DNA of 30,205 nt from Methanobacteriota archaeon (GCA_027064305.1 JAMOPY010000044.1:1-30205), one strand, 5' to 3'; shown: positions 15,710 through 24,660, counted from the stretch's first letter. The notes: generated from the sequence alone by a model not told the origin. Numbers and translations: made by a program.

Positions 15710-17528
15710 GAATCTCCTCGTAGAGCCGGCGCACCTTCTCGATCGTGTCCGCGTCCTCCGGGCCCAGATCCTCCCGGACCCGAACCAGCCTCGGGAACCT
15801 CAGGGCGAAGCCGGACGAGTACTTCGGGCTCTTCTGGATGTCCTCGAACTCGACCTCGAACACCACCTCCGGCTTGAACCGCACCTCGCGCCCGGACTCC
15901 TCGACGATCAGATCCTTCTCCTCGACGAACAGCTTCGTCAGCCGCTCGAGCGTCTCGTCGTCCATGCCCGTGCCGACCTTGCCCACCTCCAGCAGCTTCT
16001 CCTTGTTCTCGTCCCACACGGCCAGCAGGTACGAGCTGATCAACCCCTTCCGCTTGCCCTTGCCCCAGACGCCCCCCACGACCACGCAGTCCAGCGTCTC
16101 CAGCACCGGCTTGACCTTGAGCATCTTCTTCCCGCGCACGCCCGGCGTGTAGTCCGCGTCCAGGTCCTTCACCATCACCCCCTCGTGGCCCATCTCCAGC
16201 GCCCGGTGGAACATCTCCGCCGCCTCCCTCGGGTCGTCGGTGATGATCTGATCCACGAGCATGAGCCGCCCCTCCTCCTCGTCCACGATCTCCTCCAGCC
16301 GCCGCCGGCGCTCCCGGAACGGCGCGTCCACCAGCGACTCCCCGTCCACGTACAGGCAGTCGAACAGGTAAACCTCGACCGGGATCTCGCGGCGCACCTC
16401 CTCGATGTCGTACTTCCGCTTGATCCGGTGCAGCAGCTCCTGGAACGGCCGCGGCTTGCCCGTCTCCGGGTTGATCGCCACCGCCTCCCCCTCCAGGATG
16501 AACTCGTCCGCGTCCACGCACTCCTTGACCGCCTCCACCAGGTCCGGCAGCGCGTGCGTCACGTCCTCGATCCGCCGCGTGAACACGCGCACCTCCTCGC
16601 CGTCCGAGTGGATCTGCACCCGGGCCCCGTCCAGCTTGGTCTCCACCGCCCCCTTGCCGCCCACCTCCGCCAGCGCCTCCTTCACGTTCCGCGCCGCCTG
16701 CGCGAGCATCGGCTTGATCGGCCGCATCGGCTTCAGGTCGATCTCCCGGAGCCCCTCATCCCCCTTCGTCGCCGCGACCTTCGCCACCAGCCCGATGTCG
16801 TTGGAGAGCATGTGCGCCCGCTCGACCAGCTTCCGACTCACGCCGAACGCCTGCGAGATGGCCTCCTCCACCGTGTTCTCGCGCACGCCGGTGCGCAGCT
16901 CCTCCAGCACCTGCCGCACCAGGTACCGCGCCTCCTTCGGCCTCGCCCGGGCCAGCAGCCCCATCATCAGCCGCATCTTCCGCGTGACCGCGCCCTCACC
17001 CTCCACCTCCGCGATCTTCTCGAACGTCTCCCGCACCTCCCCCACCGTCAGCGGCCTTGAGGAGAGCAGCGTGGCCGTCCTCCTACCCTTCAACAGCTCC
17101 TCGGCCACCAGCCCCAGGTCGCCCAACCGCTTGAACCGCTCCGTCACCTCGGACTCGGGAACGCCCGCGGCCTTCGCGATGATCCGCTGCATCAGCTTCG
17201 TACCGATCCCCAGCTCCCTCGGGTCCCAGCCCGGGAACACCTGGTTGGCCAGGAAGACCGCCACCGTGTCCAGCACGTCCTCCGGGCACTGCCGCAGGAA
17301 CTGGGCGATGAGCGCGATCTTCGCCTTGCGGGAGCTGAGCCGCTCCAACCGCTCGAACGCCTCCGCGAGCGAGGAGTAGTACACGTCCCCGTCCGCGGTC
17401 TTCACCTCCAGGCTGGGCGAGGGCTCGCGATCCTCTTCCTCCCTCTCCCCCTTCCTCCCCTCACCCTCGGGAGGAGAGGTTATGAACGAGTCCAGCCGAC
17501 GCGAGCCCGGGGGAGGCGTTCGGGCCAC
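15696..17528 (-). CDS. lig: ATP-dependent DNA ligase
   Basis: PIKPMLAQ, ETKLDGARVQIH (motif I), LEGEAV, YLFDCLY, EGVMVK, KVGTG, FALRFPR. Confidence 0.98.
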   Translation of the reverse strand: MARTPPPGSRRLDSFITSPPEGEGRKGEREEEDREPSPSLEVKTADGDVYYSSLAEAFERLERLSSRKAKIALIAQFLRQCPEDVLDTVAVFLANQVFPGWDPRELGIGTKLMQRIIAKAAGVPESEVTERFKRLGDLGLVAEELLKGRRTATLLSSRPLTVGEVRETFEKIAEVEGEGAVTRKMRLMMGLLARARPKEARYLVRQVLEELRTGVRENTVEEAISQAFGVSRKLVERAHMLSNDIGLVAKVAATKGDEGLREIDLKPMRPIKPMLAQAARNVKEALAEVGGKGAVETKLDGARVQIHSDGEEVRVFTRRIEDVTHALPDLVEAVKECVDADEFILEGEAVAINPETGKPRPFQELLHRIKRKYDIEEVRREIPVEVYLFDCLYVDGESLVDAPFRERRRRLEEIVDEEEGRLMLVDQIITDDPREAAEMFHRALEMGHEGVMVKDLDADYTPGVRGKKMLKVKPVLETLDCVVVGGVWGKGKRKGLISSYLLAVWDENKEKLLEVGKVGTGMDDETLERLTKLFVEEKDLIVEESGREVRFKPEVVFEVEFEDIQKSPKYSSGFALRFPRLVRVREDLGPEDADTIEKVRRLYEEILKKH

Positions 17529-17602
17529 GATCCGCTCCCCCCAACCACCCGCGTTCGAGCCGTAAAAAACGCATTCGCGATCGGTCGGGCGGCGCCCGCG
17601 CC

Positions 17603-18514
17603 ATGGTGATGGTGGAGCGGGTGGTCCAGGCGTTCCCGCAGATGGAGCCGGAGGACTTCAAGGTCCTCCGAGCCCTGGAGCTCGAGATGAGCCGCCACGA
17701 GTGGGTCCCGTTCGAGCGCCTGCTCGAGCGGACCGGGTTCGACGAGAAGGAGCTCGGCTACCGGCTCTCCCGGCTGGACCGCTGGGACATGATCGTCCGA
17801 ACGCGGCGCGAGACGGTCGGGTACCTGGGGTACCAGCTGCGCCCCGAGGGGTACGACGCCCTCGCGCTCCGTACCCTCGTGGAGGAGGGCATCCTCGAGG
17901 GCCTGGGCCCCGAGATCGGGGTGGGCAAGGAGGCGGACGTGTACCTGGGCGTCTCTCCCAAGGGCGTCGAGCTGGCGGTCAAGTTCAACCGGATCGGGCG
18001 GACGAGCTACACCAAGATCAAGCGCTACCGGGAGTACGTGAAGGATAAGCGCCACATCTCCTGGCTCTACGTCAACCGGCTGACCGCCGAGCGGGAGTTC
18101 GAGGCGCTCCTGCACCTGTACCCGGAGGGCGTGCCCGTGCCGCGGCCCGTCTACCAGAACCGGCACGTGCTGGTCATGAAGCGGTTCAGGGGCCGGGAGC
18201 TGGCGGAGACCCGCGTCGACGACCCGGAGCTGGTGCTCCGGGGCGTCATGGAGGCGTACCACCGGGCGCTCGAGGTGGGGGTCGTGCACGGGGACCTGAG
18301 TCAGTTCAACATCGTGGTCGAGAAGGACGGCAGCGTGCTGATCATCGACTGGGCGCACTGGGTGGAGCTCGGTCACCCCTCCGCGCCCGAGCTGATCGAG
18401 CGGGACGTGCGGAACGTGTGCGAGTACTTCCGGAGGAAGTATCGAGTGCGGGTCGACTACCGGGAGTTCCTGCCGGATGAGGAGGTTTACGGGGGTCGAG
18501 GGGCACCCCGATGA
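17603..18514 (+). CDS. rio2: RIO2-type atypical Ser/Thr kinase (wHTH plus RIO domain)
   Basis: DFKVLRALELEMSRHEWVP, GYDALAL, IGVGKEADVY, GRTSY, HGDLSQFNI, IIDW. Confidence 0.93.
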   Translation: MVMVERVVQAFPQMEPEDFKVLRALELEMSRHEWVPFERLLERTGFDEKELGYRLSRLDRWDMIVRTRRETVGYLGYQLRPEGYDALALRTLVEEGILEGLGPEIGVGKEADVYLGVSPKGVELAVKFNRIGRTSYTKIKRYREYVKDKRHISWLYVNRLTAEREFEALLHLYPEGVPVPRPVYQNRHVLVMKRFRGRELAETRVDDPELVLRGVMEAYHRALEVGVVHGDLSQFNIVVEKDGSVLIIDWAHWVELGHPSAPELIERDVRNVCEYFRRKYRVRVDYREFLPDEEVYGGRGAPR

Positions 18515-18540
18515 GAGGGTGGCCCGTTGCCGACGGCGGG
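18469..18540 (+). ncRNA. Box C/D guide sRNA overlapping the rio2 3' end
   Basis: Terminal stem CCTGCCG/CGGCGGG; C box ATGAGGA (18477-18483); guide GGTTTACGGGGG; D' TCGA (18496-18499); hairpin GGGGCACCCC; C' ATGAGAG (18511-18517); guide GGTGGCCCGTTG; D CCGA (18530-18533). Both k-turns show compensatory pairing. Confidence 0.8.
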
Positions 18541-18620
18541 TTGGCAGACCGGCGACACCGGCGCCCGTCTCGCAAACCGTAAAAGGCGCTCGAGGTCGGG
18601 AGCTGCCGGGGCGGCCGCGG

Positions 18621-19529
18621 ATGCCGATCGAGATCGATAAGGACTCGTGCCTGTACTGCGAGGCCTGCGTGGCCGCCTGTCCGACCGGGGCCATCCGCGT
18701 CCGCCGGGGAGAGGACGGCGACGTAATTAACTGCCTCGTGTGCGGCGCCTGCGTGAAGGCCTGCCCGAACGACGCGCTGGAATTGGAGGACCTGGAGCGG
18801 GAGATCGACGGGGAGACGGTCACGGTCAAGCGGATCGCCTGGCGCCCCGAGGACTGCGACAAGGAGGACCCGCCCGTCTGCGGCCAGCACTGCCCGCAGG
18901 AGATCCTGCGCATCGAGGACGAGTACCCGGAGCTCCAAGGCTACTGCGTGATGTGCCTGAGGTGCATGGAGGCGTGCCCCATCGGCGCGATCGGGGTGAA
19001 GGGCGTCACCGAGCCCGAGTCCGAGCCCCCGGAGCACCCCGAGGGTAAGGGCGTGTACGTGCACCCGGAGCGGTGCGTCGGCTGCGCGATCTGCGCCCTC
19101 GTCTGCCCGAACGACGCGATCGAGCTCGTTTCCACCGATGAGGAGTTCTTCCGGGCCGAGGAGAACGAGTGGAGCCCCGTGTACGTGGATCCGGAGACGC
19201 TCGAGGTCGAGCAGGGGCGCAAGGTCGCCCGGATCGACGAGGACAAGTGCGCCGGCTGCGCGACGTGCGTCCAGGCGTGCCCGTGGGGCGCCATCACCGC
19301 CCCTCAGGAGGTTTCACCGCAACCGAGGGAGATCGAGAACGAGGTGGACGAGGACGCCTGCATCGGCTGCGGCGTCTGCGCCGAGGTGTGCCCGGGGAAC
19401 CTCATCGAGGTGGACGGCGTGGCCAAGGTGCCGGAGAAGTGCCCCGGATGCAAGCTCTGCGAGCGCGCCTGCCCCGTGGACGCCATCAAGATCCGGCTGA
19501 GCTACGAGCGGCTCGGAACCATCAAGTAG
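18621..19529 (+). CDS. Polyferredoxin (7 canonical and 1 degenerate 4Fe-4S motifs)
   Basis: CxxCxxCxxxCP seven times, plus CDKEDPPVCGQHCP; ATG 18621 preferred to 18477. Confidence 0.92.
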   Translation: MPIEIDKDSCLYCEACVAACPTGAIRVRRGEDGDVINCLVCGACVKACPNDALELEDLEREIDGETVTVKRIAWRPEDCDKEDPPVCGQHCPQEILRIEDEYPELQGYCVMCLRCMEACPIGAIGVKGVTEPESEPPEHPEGKGVYVHPERCVGCAICALVCPNDAIELVSTDEEFFRAEENEWSPVYVDPETLEVEQGRKVARIDEDKCAGCATCVQACPWGAITAPQEVSPQPREIENEVDEDACIGCGVCAEVCPGNLIEVDGVAKVPEKCPGCKLCERACPVDAIKIRLSYERLGTIK

Positions 19530-19559
19530 CGGCCCCTCCCCTCCCACCCCGGGGCCCCC

Positions 19560-20357
19560 ATGAGGATCGGTTCGTACCGATTCGGAGGCACCTACCGCCC
19601 CGCGGTTTTCACGGACGAGGAGGTCCTGGTGTACCGGGCCACCTTCCCCGAGTTCCTGCGGGCCGCGCACTCGGGCCGACTCGAGGAGCTGGACCACCGG
19701 AGGTTCCCGCTCCGGGAGGAGCGGATCGGCCCACCGGTCCCCAGACCGCCCAAGATCGTCTGCTTCGGACTGAACTACCGGGAGCACGTCGAGGAGCTGC
19801 GCGAGCTGGGGATGGAGGTGCCGGAGCGCCCGGTCATGACCATGAAGGCCCCCACGGCCGTCATCGGCCACCTGGACACCGTGCTGATTCCCGACGGGGT
19901 GGGCCGCGTCGATCACGAGCTCGAGCTCGCGGTCGTGATCGGGACCCGCTGCCGCCGGGTCTCCCCGGAGGAGGCGCGGGACGTCGTCCTCGGCTTCACG
20001 ATCATCAACGACGTGACGGCCCGGGACGTGGAGCGGGAGGAGGGTCAGTGGGTCCGGGCCAAGAGCTACGACACGTTCGCCCCGCTGGGCCCCTGGATCG
20101 AGACGGAGCTGGAGCCCGAGGGGCTGAGCATGCGCCTCGAGGTCAACGGGGAGGTCCGACAGCGGGCCACCACGGACGACATGGTCATGGACCCGTACGA
20201 GCTCGTCTCGTACACGTCCCGGGTGATGACCCTGGAACCAGGTGACGTGATCGCCACGGGCACGCCGCCGGGCGTCGGTCCCCTGCAGCCCGAGGACCGG
20301 GTGGAGCTGACCATCGAGGGGATCGGCACCCTAACCCACTACGTGGATCGCCGGTGA
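19560..20357 (+). CDS. Fumarylacetoacetate hydrolase family protein
   Basis: KIVCFGLNYREH, DHELELAVVIG, NDVTARD, AKSYDTFAPLGP, TLEPGDVIATGTPPGVG. Confidence 0.95.
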   Translation: MRIGSYRFGGTYRPAVFTDEEVLVYRATFPEFLRAAHSGRLEELDHRRFPLREERIGPPVPRPPKIVCFGLNYREHVEELRELGMEVPERPVMTMKAPTAVIGHLDTVLIPDGVGRVDHELELAVVIGTRCRRVSPEEARDVVLGFTIINDVTARDVEREEGQWVRAKSYDTFAPLGPWIETELEPEGLSMRLEVNGEVRQRATTDDMVMDPYELVSYTSRVMTLEPGDVIATGTPPGVGPLQPEDRVELTIEGIGTLTHYVDRR

Positions 20358-20424
20358 GGGTGTCGGCAATCCTGTCAGTCGTCACCGCGCGCCGCTCGGC
20401 TCGGGCCGCTCGTCATCCACCCTC
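20356..20424 (-). ncRNA. Box C/D guide sRNA overlapping the tiaS stop codon
   Basis: Minus strand reads GAGGGTG-G-ATGACGA (C)-GCGGCCCGAG-CCGA (D')-GCGGCGCGC-G-GTGACGA (C')-CTGACAGGATTG-CCGA (D)-CACCCTC, with a perfect 7-bp terminal stem. Confidence 0.85.
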
Positions 20425-21717
20425 CCGGATCGGCGAGGGCTCCAGCAACCCCAGGTCCACCAGGTACTCGGGCTTGGAGAGGTGCCTCCGGGCCACCGGG
20501 GGCGCCTCGTAGACCCGTCCCTCGACCAGCTCCCGGGGCACCTCCACGCGCACCTCCGAGCCCTCCGGCGCCCGCTCACCGCACCGCTTGCACTTGAATC
20601 CCTTGCCCCGGCCCGCCGACGCCATCCTACCCCCGCACCGCCCGCACACGGGCGGCACCGACCGCTCCTCCCGGACCAGCTCCACCGGCAGGAGCTTCTC
20701 CACGTTGATCGTCCGAGGATGCTTCGGCGTCTCGGGCCGCACCGCGCCCGCCACCCGGACCACGTCCCCCGGCCGCAGCGCCTCCACCACCTCCGTCAGC
20801 GGCCGCGCCGGGGCGAACGCCGCCAGGTCCACCCGGTTTCCCTCTTCATCCTCGCACGGGACGACCACGTGACCGCCCCGGATGCGGCGCGGCTCCCCCT
20901 CCACCCGCACCTCCACCACCACGCTCTCGTAGTCCGAGGCCTCGGACAGGCTCCCCACCGTCCTCAGGTGCGCGTCCGTGCCCTGATTCGTCTCGAACAC
21001 CACGTAATCCACCACGGGCTCCCGCGCCCGCACGACCCGAGGCACCACCTCCTCCAACACCCACGCCTCCACCGCCCTCACCCCGTAGAGGACCGGACAC
21101 GGCGTGTGCGGCGTGATCAGCACCTCCCCGTGCAGTCGATCCACGTTGTCGAAGGTCACGGGGAACGTGCGCTCGTCCAGCTCCCAGACCGAGTCCTCCA
21201 CCACCCGGCGCTCCGAGCCCCAGAACCCGCGGTCCCGGTACGCGATCCCCTCGAACGTCACCTCCCGACCCCTCAACCGCGCGAACCCCAGCGCGGCCAC
21301 CGCCCCCACGACGCCGCGACCGTCCCGCACCACCTCCACCCGCTCACCCACCAGCCCCCTCACCTCCGCCGGACCGACCAACCCCCGGACCGCCCTTTTA
21401 TATACGACCTCGCAGGCGCCCGGTGGACGGCGATCCGGGTACACCACCACCCCGGGCCGCGTCTCCGGGTGCTCACCCACCGTCCCCTCGAGCACCCGCT
21501 CCACCACCTCCCGCACGTCCACCTCCCCCTCCACCCGAAACGCCACCGCCGCGTTACCCCGCGTCTTGAACGGCACGTTCGGGTTCAACCGCACCAGGAA
21601 CGGCCGGCCCACCACCTCCGCCCCGGCCCGCTCCAGCTCCCGCATCAACCGAACCGCCACGTACGTCGTGCACCCACCGTCCGGCGCGTCGGTGTCGTCC
21701 AACCCCACCCACGCCAA
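20413..21717 (-). CDS. tiaS: tRNA(Ile2) agmatinylcytidine synthetase
   Basis: VGLDDTD..GGCTTY, LVRLNPNVPFKTRGNAAVA, GRGVVGAVAA, PHTPCPVLYGVR, TNQGTDAHL, GGHV, zinc ribbon, RRHLSKP. TTG 21717 follows a GGGGTG SD; the ORF extends to 21747. Confidence 0.95.
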   Translation of the reverse strand: MAWVGLDDTDAPDGGCTTYVAVRLMRELERAGAEVVGRPFLVRLNPNVPFKTRGNAAVAFRVEGEVDVREVVERVLEGTVGEHPETRPGVVVYPDRRPPGACEVVYKRAVRGLVGPAEVRGLVGERVEVVRDGRGVVGAVAALGFARLRGREVTFEGIAYRDRGFWGSERRVVEDSVWELDERTFPVTFDNVDRLHGEVLITPHTPCPVLYGVRAVEAWVLEEVVPRVVRAREPVVDYVVFETNQGTDAHLRTVGSLSEASDYESVVVEVRVEGEPRRIRGGHVVVPCEDEEGNRVDLAAFAPARPLTEVVEALRPGDVVRVAGAVRPETPKHPRTINVEKLLPVELVREERSVPPVCGRCGGRMASAGRGKGFKCKRCGERAPEGSEVRVEVPRELVEGRVYEAPPVARRHLSKPEYLVDLGLLEPSPIREGG

Positions 21718-21748
21718 CCGAACCCACCCCCGCCGGGGGAAACGCACG

Positions 21749-21940
21749 GTGATCGGCCAGAAGATGGCCGCGGCCCTCGTCTCTCACCTCGTCCCGTTCC
21801 TCCTGGGAGGCGCCGGGATCGCCCTCCTCATCCTCTCGGCCTTCTGGAACGACGAGCGGACGAGGCGGATCGGGCTCCTGCTGGTGGTCGTCACCGGACC
21901 GCTCTCCGTCGCCCTCTCCATGGCGATCGTAGGGGGGTGA
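21749..21940 (+). CDS. Small two-TM membrane protein (63 aa)
   Basis: MIGQKMAAALVSHLVPFLLGGAGIALLILSAFWNDERTRRIGLLLVVVTGPLSVALSMAIVGG; GGGGGA SD; GTGA coupling to the next gene. Confidence 0.65.
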   Translation: MIGQKMAAALVSHLVPFLLGGAGIALLILSAFWNDERTRRIGLLLVVVTGPLSVALSMAIVGG

Positions 21941-22926
21941 TCACGCTGGACCTCCGGGAGGAGCTGCTGGCGGACCTCGAGGAGTTCCTGCGGGAGGGCG
22001 GCCACCGGGTCGTCCGGCTCGACCGCGCCTGCTTCGACCTCCTCGTGGTCACCCGGGACGGTCGCTCCTTCGTCGTCAAGGTCCTCACGAACGTGGACGG
22101 GCTCCGGAAGGAGGTCGCGAAGGACCTCAAGGTGGTCTCGCACTTCCTGGAGGCCGTGCCGATCGTCGTCGCGCTGCGCCGCCGGTCCGGGCCCCTGGAG
22201 CGGGGCGTGGTCTACCACCGGTACGAGATCCCCGTGATGGACCCGCTCACGTTCGCGGAGACGGTGGAGGGTGAGCCGCCCCGAACCGTGGCCGACCGCG
22301 GCGGGAAGTACGTCGAGGTGCGGGAGGAGGAGATCGACAGCGTGAGCGTGTCGAGCGTCCGGCGCCGCCAGCTGAGGCGGGAGGGCGGCCGGGTCAGCCT
22401 GGCCCGGGCCGAGGAGGCGGAGGTCGAGGGCGTTCCGGTGCGCTTCCGGGTGCCGGAGCGGGTGGACACGGGCAAGGACCGGATGACCCGGTTCGAGCGC
22501 CGGGTGGCCCGGCACCTCGAGCGCATGGGGGCCGAGCGCACGGGCAAGGTCCGCCGGGCCCCGTTCGAGCTGCTGGCCAAGGACGGGGACACGGTCCTGG
22601 TCCGGTCGGAGGACGTGAGCGGGCGGGAGTCGATCGCGCTCCGGGACGTGATCCAGGCCACGGGTTCCCTGGGGTTCGTGGTCACGCGGCGGCGGGGCCG
22701 GCGCGCCTCGTGCCTCCCCACCCTCGACCTGGAGACCCTGGAGGACCTCAAGGACATCGAGGAGCTGAAGGAGTACCTGGAGGAGCACGACCCGTCGGAG
22801 AAGGTGCGGGAGCTGGTCGAGGAGGCGGGGATCACCTCCCCCAAGGAGATCGCCCGGCGCACGGGGCTCAGCGAGCCCGTGATCCGGGAGCTCCTCCGGC
22901 GCATGTCCATAGAGGGAAAGATTTAA
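21937..22926 (+). CDS. Archaeal predicted transcriptional regulator (COG1395-like)
   Basis: CFDLLV...VKVLTNVDGL...PLERGVVYHRYEIP...RGGKYVEV and RRAPFELLAK motifs; located between tiaS and the thermosome; C-terminal HTH (SPKEIARRTGLSEPVIRELL). Confidence 0.85.
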   Translation: MITLDLREELLADLEEFLREGGHRVVRLDRACFDLLVVTRDGRSFVVKVLTNVDGLRKEVAKDLKVVSHFLEAVPIVVALRRRSGPLERGVVYHRYEIPVMDPLTFAETVEGEPPRTVADRGGKYVEVREEEIDSVSVSSVRRRQLRREGGRVSLARAEEAEVEGVPVRFRVPERVDTGKDRMTRFERRVARHLERMGAERTGKVRRAPFELLAKDGDTVLVRSEDVSGRESIALRDVIQATGSLGFVVTRRRGRRASCLPTLDLETLEDLKDIEELKEYLEEHDPSEKVRELVEEAGITSPKEIARRTGLSEPVIRELLRRMSIEGKI

Positions 22927-22930
22927 ATAT
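22916..22930 (+). promoter_or_regulatory. BRE/TATA promoter of the thermosome gene
   Basis: GAAAG-ATTTAAATAT about 55 nt upstream of the ATG; it contains the upstream TAA stop. Confidence 0.8.
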
Positions 22931-22980
22931 AAGTGCTCGGCGGTCACCACCGAGAGAACCCGGAACGGGGGTAAGCCGAG

Positions 22981-24621
22981 ATGGCGATGCTGGCGGGTGA
23001 CGGGCGGCAGGTCCTGATCCTGCCCGAGGGTTACCAGCGCTTCGTGGGTCGAGACGCCCAGCGGATGAACATCATGGCGGCGCGCGTCGTCGCCGAGACC
23101 GTGCGGACCACGCTCGGCCCGATGGGCATGGACAAGATGCTCGTGGACGAGATGGGCGACGTGGTCGTCACCAACGACGGCGTGACCATCCTCGAGGAGA
23201 TGGACATCGAGCACCCGGCCGCCAAGATGGTCGTGGAGGTCGCGAAGACGCAGGAGGACGAGGTGGGTGACGGCACGACCACGGCCGTCGTGCTGGCCGG
23301 TGAGCTGCTGCACAAGGCCGAGGACCTGCTGCAGCAGGACATCCACCCGACCGTGATCGCGCGCGGCTTCCGGATGGCGGTGGAGAAGGCCGAGGAGATC
23401 CTGGACGAGATCGCGGAGGAGATCGACCCGGACGACGAGGAGATGCTCAAGAAGATCGCGAAGACCGCGATGACCGGTAAGGGTGTGGAGAAGGCCCGAG
23501 ACCACCTGGCCGAGCTGGTCGTGAAGGCCGTCAAGCAGGTGGCCGAGGAGGAGGACGGTAAGATCGTCATCGACACGGACCACATCAAGCTGGAGAAGAA
23601 GGAGGGCGGCGGGCTCGAGGACACCGAGCTGGTCCACGGCATGGTGATCGACAAGGAGCGCGTGCACCCGGGCATGCCGCGGCGGGTGGAGAACGCCAAG
23701 ATCGCCCTGCTGAACTGCCCGATCGAGGTGAAGGAGACCGAGACGGACGCCGAGATCCGGATCACGGACCCGGAGCAGCTGCAGGCCTTCGTCGAGGAAG
23801 AGGAGCGCATGCTGAAGGAGATGGTGGACAAGATCGCCGAGACCGGCGCGAACGTGGTCTTCTGCCAGAAGGGCATCGACGACCTGGCCCAGCACTACCT
23901 GGCGAAGAAGGGCATCCTCGCCGTCCGGCGCGTGAAGAAGTCCGACATGCAGAAGCTGGCCCGGGCCACCGGCGGCCGGATCGTGACCAACATCGACGAC
24001 CTGAGCGAGGAGGACCTGGGTGAGGCCGAGGTCGTCGAGGAGCGGAAGGTCGCCGGCGACAAGATGATCTTCGTCGAGGGCTGCAAGGACCCGAAGGCGG
24101 TCACCATCCTGATCCGCGGCGGTACGGAGCACGTCGTGGACGAGGCCGAGCGGGCCATCGAGGACGCGATCGGCGTCGTGGCCGCGGCCCTCGAGGACGG
24201 CAAGGTCGTGGCCGGCGGCGGCGCGCCGGAGATCGAGGTCGCCCGGCAGCTGCGCGACTACGCGGACAAGGTGGAGGGCCGCGAGCAGCTGGCCGTCGAG
24301 GCGTTCGCCGACGCGCTGGAGATCATCCCGCGCACGCTGGCGGAGAACAGCGGACTCGACCCGATCGACGTGCTGGTGCAGCTGCGCGCCAAGCACGAGG
24401 AGGGCGAGGTGACCGCCGGCGTCGACGTGTACGACGGCGAGATCAAGGACATGATGAAGGAGGGCGTCGTCGAGCCGCTGCGCGTGAAGACGCAGGCGCT
24501 GGCGAGCGCCACCGAGGCCGCAGAGATGATCCTGCGAATCGACGACGTCATCGCCGCCCGGGAGCTGAGCAAGGAGGAGGAAGAGGAAGAGGAGGAGAGC
24601 GGCAGCAGCACCGAGTTCTAA
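22981..24621 (+). CDS. ths: Thermosome (group II chaperonin) subunit
   Basis: [48 protein letters not shown]; acidic tail. Confidence 0.99.
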   Translation: MAMLAGDGRQVLILPEGYQRFVGRDAQRMNIMAARVVAETVRTTLGPMGMDKMLVDEMGDVVVTNDGVTILEEMDIEHPAAKMVVEVAKTQEDEVGDGTTTAVVLAGELLHKAEDLLQQDIHPTVIARGFRMAVEKAEEILDEIAEEIDPDDEEMLKKIAKTAMTGKGVEKARDHLAELVVKAVKQVAEEEDGKIVIDTDHIKLEKKEGGGLEDTELVHGMVIDKERVHPGMPRRVENAKIALLNCPIEVKETETDAEIRITDPEQLQAFVEEEERMLKEMVDKIAETGANVVFCQKGIDDLAQHYLAKKGILAVRRVKKSDMQKLARATGGRIVTNIDDLSEEDLGEAEVVEERKVAGDKMIFVEGCKDPKAVTILIRGGTEHVVDEAERAIEDAIGVVAAALEDGKVVAGGGAPEIEVARQLRDYADKVEGREQLAVEAFADALEIIPRTLAENSGLDPIDVLVQLRAKHEEGEVTAGVDVYDGEIKDMMKEGVVEPLRVKTQALASATEAAEMILRIDDVIAARELSKEEEEEEEESGSSTEF

Positions 24622-24660
24622 ACCCTCATCCCCCTCACGCCCCTCAACTTCTTCCCGCCA

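Noticed and set aside
18477-18620. Apparent N-terminal extension of the polyferredoxin
   Set aside because: The ATG belongs to the sRNA C box; the region is sRNA plus promoter.
20482-22926. 814-aa plus-strand ORF
   Set aside because: The first ~485 codons are a Pro/His/Arg-rich antisense shadow of tiaS; only 21937-22926 looks like a real protein.
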